Origin: Macrostomum lignano | Taxonomy: Eukaryota | Assembly (NCBI GenBank): GCA_002269645.1 | Contig: NIVC01000112.1 | Span: 330,520 to 394,519, forward strand | Reading direction: 5' to 3' | DNA: 64,000 nt | Shown here: positions 1 through 9,095 of the stretch, piece after piece | Layout of the letters: each line of letters begins with the position of its first letter | Numbering within the stretch: the stretch's first letter is position 1 | The notes under the pieces: generated by a model | Databases searched by the model: none | Told to the model about the DNA's origin: nothing | Seen by the model: the letters and a program-made list of their open reading frames with translations, nothing else | Program-made: the position numbers and the translations under genes

Positions 1-180
1 TGAAAGGGTTGTAGAGATAATCAATCGTCTATGGCAAATTTAGTTGCTCTCTAAATGAAAGGGTTGTAGAGATAATTAATCGTTTATGGCAAATTTAAAG
101 GACAGTGAAGACAGCTAGCCTGGCTGCCATGAGTTAATTCTCAAGTTGATTTTGAGCTTGAATTAATTCTCCTATTCGGA

Positions 181-516
181 GTGCAAATAGGAAAAGTAGC
201 TATGATTCGCTACGCAAACATTCCTGGCGGAGAAATATGTGGACTCTCCACGGACGAGTTGGCTTTTGTCACCCGAGAGTCGAGCACGCGCTACGTTCTG
301 GAGATGGACAACCTGGATGCGTCGTCCAGTTCCAACGGGCTGCCTGAGCTAGGTAGCGAAGATCTGGAAATGTTGGACCGACTTGAGAGTGACTCAGTGC
401 CGAAATCGACCGAGACGCAACGGAAGCTTCACGTGGCAAGGTTCCGACAGTTCCTCAACGAGAAGGGGCTCTGCCAGGAGTTTGAGCGTGTTCCGGATCG
501 ATTTTTGAACGATTAT
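181..516 (+). pseudogene. 5' fragment of a Crypton-like (DUF3504/KCTD1-ZMYM-type) tyrosine recombinase gene, broken after ...FLNDY
   Basis: DSVPKSTETQRKLHVARFRQFLNEKGLCQEFERVPDRFLNDY resembles, from memory, the N-terminal region of CryptonA/DUF3504 proteins. Similarity stops abruptly at about 516, next to a Gypsy fragment. Confidence 0.55.
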
Positions 517-619
517 CCTTGTTTTGATAGCCAAATACATTCGTCTGAAATCCGGCAACAATCGAAAAAAGCCGACAAACAATTAAATTGTTACCGCAAG
601 TATGAATGCCGGAAACCAT

Positions 620-2400
620 AGACAAAAGGGAACAATGTGCGTAGCGGTGCTGCTTTAGATGACAGATCCGAAATGAATTTGGACAAAAAATTTGCACATC
701 CTAGAAATCGCATAAGTTGCTGCTTTCTCTCATTGCCGGATAGAGTATCTGGTTGGGGCATATCGCGCATTGCTTTTACTTTGTCTGGGTCGACTTTAAT
801 TCCGGTGTGCGAAAGTATGTTGCCGAGGAATTTCAACTCCTTCAATCCGACTTTCCGCTTTTTATAATTCAGGCGCAAATTCTTCGCACGGCACATTTCC
901 ATAAGCTGCTTCACAGCTTCATCGTGTTCTTCAACAGTCTTGCCCCAAACAATGAAGTCGTCAATAAAATTGTTGCAGTTTCTGATCTTGTCCAAGATCT
1001 CCTCCCGAACTCGCTTCTGGTAGACTTCCGATGCGGAACAAATTCCATAGGGCATTCTCAGCCAACGATATCGTCCAAAAGGTGTGTGAAAGCACGTCAT
1101 CAACGAACTTTCATAATCCAATGCAATCTGGTGAAAACTCGCAGTCGCATCAAAAGTTGAGAACAGAGCAGCGTTTCTGATTTCTGCAATAATTTCGTCA
1201 TAAGACGGTATCTGATACTGCTCTCTCATTATGTTGGCATTCAGATGCTGAGGGTCTAGGCAAAGACGTATAGTCTTGTCTGCCTTTCAGACGACGACCA
1301 CATTTGAAACGTACTTCGTGGGCTCATCACACTTGGTGATGAGTCCATCCGAAACCAGGCGATCTAATTCAGCCTTCAAAGGTTGCATTGCTGCAAATTC
1401 TTTGTCATCGCGCAGGCTGATGTGATAACTCCCAGGTAAGCAACCTGTTCCTTCAAAGACATTGGGATACTCTCGAAGAAATCTTTCATCTGTCCACGTG
1501 GACTTAAACCCTTCAGGTTGAACAGAAACTCCGAAGTTGAATTTCACCAGGCCTATCTCTTCTGCAGTTTTCCATCCGATGAGTGGAATGAGCCTCTCTT
1601 TAATCACAATAAATTCATTTTCATGCTTGACTCCTTCATATTCCAGTTTCAATTGTACCTTCCCTGCGACTGTTAGGCGCGACCTTTTATAGCAAAAGAG
1701 TCTACAAGACGTTGCTTGTATCGACGTGTTTGGTGCAATCTGCCTAAGCAGATGTTCAGGGAGTACATTTGCATCCGCTCCTGTGTCGCATTTGCAATTC
1801 ACCAGCTGACCTTCGATTTTGATACCAACAGTTGTTCTACTATCTCTGTCGTTGCCACCCGGTCGCAGAGATGCTGACATGACCCACGAATCTTGACGAT
1901 CAGATTCTGAGCTTTCATTTGTATTTCGATCCAAGGCTCTTACGGTCTTATTCCGACAAACGTTGCTGAATTGGTTTTGCTTTCCGCAAGATTTGCACGT
2001 CTTGCCATATGCAGGGCATGAACCTTTCTTGTGTTTCTTACCACAGAATGAGCAACCCTCCAACTTTCCTACCATCGGCTTTCCATTGGACCCAAACCTT
2101 TTGTTCGGTCGTCTCTCCTTGTACTTGAGATCTGGTCTGCCTGTTGAGCGAGGCTTCACAACAGAATTGACTTCTTTCTGGATGTATTTCGAAATCTCTC
2201 CGGAGGTGTTTCCCGTCATGATCCGCACGTGGGTCTTTGATGATTCACTTGCACGGCAGATAGATATAGCCTTATCTAGCGTCAACTCCTGCTCACGTAG
2301 AAGCCGTTCTCGCAACTCTGTGTCTCTGATTCCGAGGACTATCTGATCTCTGATTATTGATTCGTTCACCGTCAATTCGTAGGCTGGCTTCTCGCTTGCA
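620..2400 (-). mobile_element. Decayed Ty3/Gypsy (Mag-like) retrotransposon fragment: gag C-terminus, protease and RT
   Basis: ORF 1287-2420 has IRDQIVLGI..LRERLLRE, a double zinc knuckle (CSFCGKKH..CPAYGKTCKSCGK), and protease DTGAD. A single in-frame TGA at 1287-1289 is followed in the same frame by KADKTIRLCLDP and RT motifs (RMPYGI, FIDDFIVW, LKFLG). Truncated at both ends; no LTRs found. Confidence 0.92.
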
Positions 2401-2539
2401 ACACACATACACACAGACAAACATCGCGTCAGTTTTAGTGTTAGGAGATATATATATATATATATATATATACAATATTATGATAATTAAAAAGTGCACA
2501 CAAACCATTTTAGTATAATGGATTCAGTTAAATACTATT

Positions 2540-3638
2540 TGTAAAGGGCCCCTCCCGATTTCTTTCTAAAAATAGCTATCGGTTATTACATTTTAAATTC
2601 ACGCCAAATAACTACGACGCATTTTGTTTTACTACTCGTATTTTTGATAATATTTTACGCGAATTAATTTTTGTTAAAAATCTAATAGAATTTTACTATA
2701 AATACAGGCAAATTTGGCGGAGGGAGAAGCAACCTCGCGCATCGCGGTTCGCAATAAGCAATTGATAGCAAATAGAAGAGTTCCGAGAAAATAAGAATTG
2801 AAGAAGTGTTTTCCGTGTTAATTCTTTTTTTAAGAAAGAGTGAAGTAGACGGAAGTGTGTACCGTATATACTACTGAGAAGGAAAGTGTTGAGTAGTAAG
2901 AAGTTGCGAAGTAGATCTGAAGTAATACGTGTAAGAATAACCGGAGGCTGTGACCCTCTGATCTCGGTAACGCCCAAGGACTTGCAAAGTACATGAAATA
3001 CATATACCAGTAAGCCAAAATACCGCTCAGGCCATTATTAAGTAGAACGCTACCAGAATAATAGAACGCTACCAGAATAATTAGAAGAGTTAAATCTCAG
3101 GGCTAACAGTTTTTCTAAGACTAATACTCAGACTAAATACTCAGACTAAATACTCAGACTAAATACTCAGACTAAATACTCAGACTAAATACCCAGACCT
3201 ATTCTAAGAAACATTTCTCGGATTATTCTAAGATTGATAAACTCACAATTTATTAATAGGATAATCCTGGTGGCAGCTACCAACTTAAGAGATTAGTAAA
3301 TTAGCCCTGTGATAGCTTTTGGTGACAGTGTGAAATTATTATTAAGAAGAAAGAATCACCCCTGTTACAACTTTGGTGGCATTTAGTAGGATTCTCAGTG
3401 CACAGGAAACACACCTAGTACAACTTTGGTATCAGCGGTGAGATTAAAATTGATAAAGTAGGAGGTGAAACATCTACGACAACTTGGTGGCATAACGGTG
3501 AAATTCTTATAGAGAGCCAAAAGGCCTACGACAACTTGGTGGCATAACGGTGAAATTCTTATAGAGAGCCAAAAGGCCTACGACAACTTAGTGACAGCGG
3601 TGAAATCATTTGTAGGGACAGAAGTTACCCCTACGACA
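2540..3638 (+). repeat. 5' LTR (1099 bp)
   Basis: TGTAAAGGG...CTACGACA. TATAAATA at 2697-2704, 13-bp tandem (ACTCAGACTAAAT) at about 3124-3200, att/PBS array at 3268-3638. Confidence 0.95.
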
Positions 3639-3641
3639 ACT

Positions 3642-3652
3642 TGGTGGCAGCG
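3642..3652 (+). promoter_or_regulatory. Primer-binding site complementary to the tRNA-Leu(AAG/UAG) 3' end
   Basis: TGGTGGCAGCG(TAAAGGAT) 3 nt after the LTR end. Metazoan tRNA-Leu(AAG/UAG) ends ...AUCCCACCGCUGCCACCA. Confidence 0.8.
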
Positions 3653-3657
3653 TAAAG

Positions 3658-3918
3658 GATCAGAGAAACGGCCAGAATCGAACAGATCAGAGAAACGGCC
3701 AGAATTTCAGAACTAGACAGATCAGAGAAACGGCCAGAACTTCAGGACTAGACAGATCAGAGAAACGGCCAGAATCGAACAGATCAGAGAAACGGCCAGA
3801 ATCGAACAGATCAGAGAAACGGCCAGAATCGAACAGATCAGAGAAACGGCCAGAATCGAACAGATCAGAGAAACGGCCAGAATCGAACAGATCAGAGAAA
3901 CGGCGAAGAACTCCGGCA
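3658..3918 (+). repeat. Tandem array of about 9 copies of a 27/35-bp unit in the LTR-element leader
   Basis: Unit GATCAGAGAAACGGCCAGAATCGAACA; two copies have a 35-bp variant. Confidence 0.95.
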
Positions 3919-3966
3919 ATTGAAAATCATCAGTGAGAAATTTCTTTTAGGAACAGTAGAAGAGAG

Positions 3967-4557
3967 ATGGCCAATGCCAACGATGCAATCGCTAGGCTAG
4001 CTGAAGAGCTGTCAAAGAAGCTAGGATTAGGAACGGAGAAGCAATTAGAGATTGAGAAGTACACACCTGACAAAAACATCAGGCAGTGGATCAATGCATT
4101 CGAGCAGCAATGCAGGATGCAAGGACTGAATGGAGAAAAACGAAAAGTAGCTCTTTTCGCCAATCTGGATATCCCAGAAGAATTGAAGCGGAGGATGAGC
4201 CATAGACAAGACCAGCAGCACTATCAAGACATTAGGCGACAAGTTATTGAGCAGTTCGAAAGGAAGCAGCAGAAGCAGGAGGAGAATGGAGTCCAAGCCC
4301 TAGTCGAGTGCTTGATGACCCTGACGGTCATATTGACAAATCTGAACTTAGAACAGAAATCAGAACAGCAGCAGCAGTACAAGTACCAGACGGCGCCAAA
4401 ATCGCGCCCGCCGCACAGATTTAGTGGCGCCAGACCAGAGCCAAACCCTGGCCACTGCTTTTTCTGTGGTCAGCCAGGACCAATCAGGCCACAGGCAGGT
4501 CATAAATGCAGATTAAACTTAGGAGGAGCTAAACAGCGAGCTCAGGAGAAAGGATGA
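3967..4557 (+). CDS. Gag-like protein (196 aa) with a degenerate CCHC knuckle
   Basis: ATG start after the PBS/leader. EKYTPDKNIRQWINAFEQQC resembles a Gypsy capsid N-terminus. CFFCGQPGPIRPQAGHKC has Pro at the expected His position. Confidence 0.7.
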   Translation: MANANDAIARLAEELSKKLGLGTEKQLEIEKYTPDKNIRQWINAFEQQCRMQGLNGEKRKVALFANLDIPEELKRRMSHRQDQQHYQDIRRQVIEQFERKQQKQEENGVQALVECLMTLTVILTNLNLEQKSEQQQQYKYQTAPKSRPPHRFSGARPEPNPGHCFFCGQPGPIRPQAGHKCRLNLGGAKQRAQEKG

Positions 4558-5099
4558 GAGTAATTTTCTGTAAGCACGAAGCGATTATACATGTATATAG
4601 TATCAATGAAAATATAAAAATTTATAAAAAGCTTCGAAAAGAAAATAAAAAATGACCGTACAGAGTATATAATGCACATAATTACCTAATGGTGCCCCAA
4701 AAGGGCCGTTTTAGCAAAAGACCGCTTATGTAAATCGCTAGCTCATTAAAATGTTTGACATGCATGATTATTATAGTACTGTATTATGTAAATACGTCAC
4801 TATTGCACAAATTTGCTTGAAGTAAAATAGCTCAGAAAGGTTTCCCTAACAAAATACGGTATAGAAGCCTCAGAAGGGCCGTTTTACCGAAGTTTTCGAA
4901 TAGACTCTTAGCATATTTGAAATGACTAGAATTAACATTATGTAACTGTGTAAATATTCACTATGTAAATAGCACACTAAACTACGCAAAATTAAGTCTC
5001 CAGAAGAGCCTTAAAGAATTAGGTGACCCCGAAAAGGGCCGTTTTGACAAAGAAAATTCAGAAAATCAACAAAAACAGGTTTGATTCGGTTAGTTAGGC

Positions 5100-6160
5100 T
5101 GCTCAGAAAGTAAGATAGGAAGTCTACAATAAGCGTCGGAGTAGTGAGAAGCTCTGTGAAGAAGAAATAATTAAAGAATTAATGTAATAAACTCTGACAA
5201 TAGGCAGTAGAGAGAAGAGAATACAGGACGCTGAGAAGTTGAATTGAAGAAGAAGACGAGAATTTGAGAGGAATCGAGAATTAGAGAAGAAAAGGTGTGC
5301 TAAAAGCAAGAGGTAGACTAAAGACTTTTTGTTACCATTGAGTGACGTAGTCTAGTCACACCCTCAAGCGCTAATAGACACCAAGTAGAAGAGAATCAAG
5401 AGTAGTCGAGAAGCGAATTTGAAGAAGTGAATTCAAGAGAAGAATTCGAAGAAAAATCAAGAAGAAGTACATAAGCAAAGTCAAAGAAGTGAACCAGAAG
5501 AATTGAGAGTTTGATAAAGTGAGGAGAAAAATTGTGAGAAAAAGCCAAGAAAGATCCGATCAGCTATCTCATGGTGTCCCTCTTTAGATCAGATATCATT
5601 GCTGTCTAAATGGATGCGATAGTCTGTGAAGAACAAAAATAAGAGAGATGAGAAAAGAAAAGAATTTGTCAGAGAAAATCTAAAAATAGAAAGAACGGAA
5701 ATTTCTTGATCCCGCTTAGGAAGGCACGGCACAGCCATTTTAAAGTCCTTTCTCAAGGATCCTGAAAAATTGGAAAAGAGAAATATGAGAGATGGAATAC
5801 TGGAAGGAGTGCTCACTGTTCTTTTGGAGAAAGCAAGGTAGTCCAATGACAGCCAATTTTAGCCCATTCCTGAGAACATAGCATTTTCGGAAAGTAAAGG
5901 CTTGAAACCAAACTAATCCAATAATTACATAACTAACTATCGAATAGAGAAGGAGAATTTGAGCATGAAGATGAGTCAACAGATAGTGAGAAGACTGAGC
6001 CAGCCGAAACAGATGACGCATTAGAATTAGATAGGAGAGAAAGAAATGAAGATGGAAGGATTGAGCATAGGCCGCATTATAATTTGAGACCAAGAAGTGA
6101 GAGAGTTGTCACCTCAGGATTCGCCCCCCGCAGGCGATACGGCCATTATCTGAAATGATC
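5100..6160 (+). pseudogene. Heavily decayed pol/integrase C-terminal remnant
   Basis: A-rich and stop-ridden. RPHYNLRPR at 6069-6095 resembles the typical Gypsy integrase tail (YNLRPR). Confidence 0.35.
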
Positions 6161-6384
6161 GAATCAAGTATCAAATTGTAAATAGAATTTGCTTAAAATC
6201 AGAAAAATTGCTCTGTAAATAGAAATCTGTTGTAAATAATAAAAATTGACAAAAATATAAAAAGTTTAAAAATATAAAAACACAAAAACATTGCGCATTA
6301 CTAGTAGTAGAAATAAGAGAATTGTGTGAAGGAATCCGAAGTCAATAAATAATCCTAGTAACGCTTAGCAACGGTGCGCCGCTC

Positions 6385-6560
6385 TGAACCAATGAGAGCC
6401 CGCGAAGCGAACGCTAGAAAGCCACTATGGTTGACGAACACGTGACCCCACTAAACCCCTCGAAAGCGAAAGCGCGAACACAACGATGCGGTCCAGTTTT
6501 TCGGCTGGTCGCATATAAATACGAAACCCCATAGAGCTCACAAAACCTCATATTTCACAG
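6385..6560 (+). promoter_or_regulatory. Internal Pol II promoter upstream of the cargo ORF
   Basis: CCAAT at 6389-6393, TATAAATA at 6514-6521, ATG at 6606. Confidence 0.55.
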
Positions 6561-6605
6561 CAATTAGTTCGTTCTTAGGAGACTAGAAATTCTGTTATAG
6601 CGAAT

Positions 6606-7648
6606 ATGAGCCACGTTGACGATATTTTGGAAGAATTGCTGGGCGGAGCCCTGTCAGATAGCGACCTGTCAGAAGACGAAGCACCGAGACAGCCGGCTCC
6701 AGCGCCAAGACCGCCGACTCCGCCGCCCGCTCCTGCTCCAAGACCGCCGACTCCGCCAGCCCGAGCGCGTCAAGCCCGCGAGAGAGACCGTCAGCATCAG
6801 CGGAGATCGAGGCACCATTACGTTGCTCAACACGACCAAAGCTTCCAGGAGACTCCAGCAAGCGGCCGAGGCCGCCATCGCCAACGTCGAGCCAACGACT
6901 GCAGGTGGACGGGCCGACACGGCCGAAGCGGGCAGCCATCCTGCAGGCCGCCGCCGCTGCTCCTGTGCGAGTTTATGCGGCACCTTCGAGTCAAGGATCG
7001 GCAGCCAGCAGCGCAGCATTCGAGCGACGGACAGTTCAGCTCCAGCCCCCAGCAAGTGCTCCACCATCGGGGCGACGCCAGCATGCCGCAGCCGCCGTCG
7101 TTACACCTCGCCAGCAGGCCGCCGCCGCCGCTACACCGCGCCAGCAGGCCGCTGCCGTCGTTACACCGCGCCAGCAGGCCGCTGCTACACCTCGCCAGCA
7201 GGCCGCCGCCGCCGCTGCACCGCGCCAGCAGGTCGCCGCCGCCGCGCCCCGTCAGCAGGCCGCCGCTGCCGCTGCACCACGACCGCCACGACCTGAGCTC
7301 GCAGGAAGCTACCAGGAGGTGGCACAACGCCTCATCGAGACAGGCGAGCCGGTCGAACGAGTTCGTTTCGGCCTGATGCAATATTTGCAGCGCATCGGCC
7401 ACTTGCGCTTAGATCAAGCGCTGCCGCAACGTTCGCAGGCTTGGGCCGCCATCAGAGCGCTGCGCGAACTATGCTCATCAACCGAGGCAGTGGCGCTTCT
7501 CCAGCACATCGCCGAAGAGCTCCAGCGCATCATGAGAGCTGATTCTCAGGTAACCCAGCGACGCCTACTAAACATTGAATTGCGGTGGATTTTTGGCCTC
7601 CTAGGCTGGCCCTATTTTCGCGAACTCCCGAACCCTTGCAAATTCTAG
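6606..7648 (+). CDS. Unknown cargo gene of the LTR element: acidic/Pro-rich N-terminus, PRQQAAA repeats, helical C-terminal domain. Needs splicing or frameshift to join frames.
   Basis: GC-rich island. ATG ORF 6606-7376 starts MSHVDDILEELLGG..SDSDLSEDE. An overlapping frame open from 6662 to 7648 encodes the protein-like SYQEVAQRLIETG...IELRWIFGLLGWPYF. Confidence 0.55.
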
Positions 7649-7996
7649 GCAGGTTTTCTTATTACCGGTGTGCTTTTCCGATCGTTTCCGTCGTATTTTT
7701 CTATGTTGTTTCTAATCTTCCTAATCTAGTTTACTAGTTTTTCTGTTTTATTCAATGGTAATTGCCACACATGATCTATCACTTTACTGCTTATCCGATT
7801 GTTTTGTTTTATGCCTTTATCACATAATTTTGTGCCTAATACTTTGCTCATGACTATTGCACGTAGTATTCACAAATTGTTTAGTTTTTAGCACTTCGTT
7901 TATGCACCTTTTCTTGCATTTTAAAATTTTTGCACTCGCATACTTATAGTAGACTGTAGTAAGCTCGTTTAAAAATTTTTTTTAGGGGAGGCAGGT

Positions 7997-9095
7997 TGTA
8001 AAGGGCCCCTCCCGATTTCTTTCTAAAAATAGCTATCGGTTATTACATTTTAAATTCACGCCAAATAACTACGACGCATTTTGTTTTACTACTCGTATTT
8101 TTGATAATATTTTACGCGAATTAATTTTTGTTAAAAATCTAATAGAATTTTACTATAAATACAGGCAAATTTGGCGGAGGGAGAAGCAACCTCGCGCATC
8201 GCGGTTCGCAATAAGCAATTGATAGCAAATAGAAGAGTTCCGAGAAAATAAGAATTGAAGAAGTGTTTTCCGTGTTAATTCTTTTTTTAAGAAAGAGTGA
8301 AGTAGACGGAAGTGTGTACCGTATATACTACTGAGAAGGAAAGTGTTGAGTAGTAAGAAGTTGCGAAGTAGATCTGAAGTAATACGTGTAAGAATAACCG
8401 GAGGCTGTGACCCTCTGATCTCGGTAACGCCCAAGGACTTGCAAAGTACATGAAATACATATACCAGTAAGCCAAAATACCGCTCAGGCCATTATTAAGT
8501 AGAACGCTACCAGAATAATAGAACGCTACCAGAATAATTAGAAGAGTTAAATCTCAGGGCTAACAGTTTTTCTAAGACTAATACTCAGACTAAATACTCA
8601 GACTAAATACTCAGACTAAATACTCAGACTAAATACTCAGACTAAATACCCAGACCTATTCTAAGAAACATTTCTCGGATTATTCTAAGATTGATAAACT
8701 CACAATTTATTAATAGGATAATCCTGGTGGCAGCTACCAACTTAAGAGATTAGTAAATTAGCCCTGTGATAGCTTTTGGTGACAGTGTGAAATTATTATT
8801 AAGAAGAAAGAATCACCCCTGTTACAACTTTGGTGGCATTTAGTAGGATTCTCAGTGCACAGGAAACACACCTAGTACAACTTTGGTATCAGCGGTGAGA
8901 TTAAAATTGATAAAGTAGGAGGTGAAACATCTACGACAACTTGGTGGCATAACGGTGAAATTCTTATAGAGAGCCAAAAGGCCTACGACAACTTGGTGGC
9001 ATAACGGTGAAATTCTTATAGAGAGCCAAAAGGCCTACGACAACTTAGTGACAGCGGTGAAATCATTTGTAGGGACAGAAGTTACCCCTACGACA
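7997..9095 (+). repeat. 3' LTR (1099 bp)
   Basis: No differences from the 5' LTR seen by eye; the two ORF-track translations inside the LTRs are identical. Preceded by the PPT and followed by the TSD. Confidence 0.95.

Larger units (their letters stand above)
2540..9095 (+). mobile_element. Young non-autonomous LTR retrotransposon, 6556 bp
   Basis: Direct repeats at 2540-3638 and 7997-9095 (offset 5457) with TG...CA ends. 4-bp TSD TATT at 2536-2539 and 9096-9099. PBS at 3642, PPT (AGGGGAGGCAGG) at 7984-7995, gag-like ORF, no intact pol. Confidence 0.95.

Noticed and set aside
2696-2977. 93-aa antisense ORF present in both LTRs
   Set aside because: Its duplication simply reflects LTR identity; there is no protein-like signal.
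3268-3660. Calling the LTR array a true CRISPR
   Set aside because: Eukaryotic retroelement context and no cas genes. The repeats are explained by att and PBS sequence.
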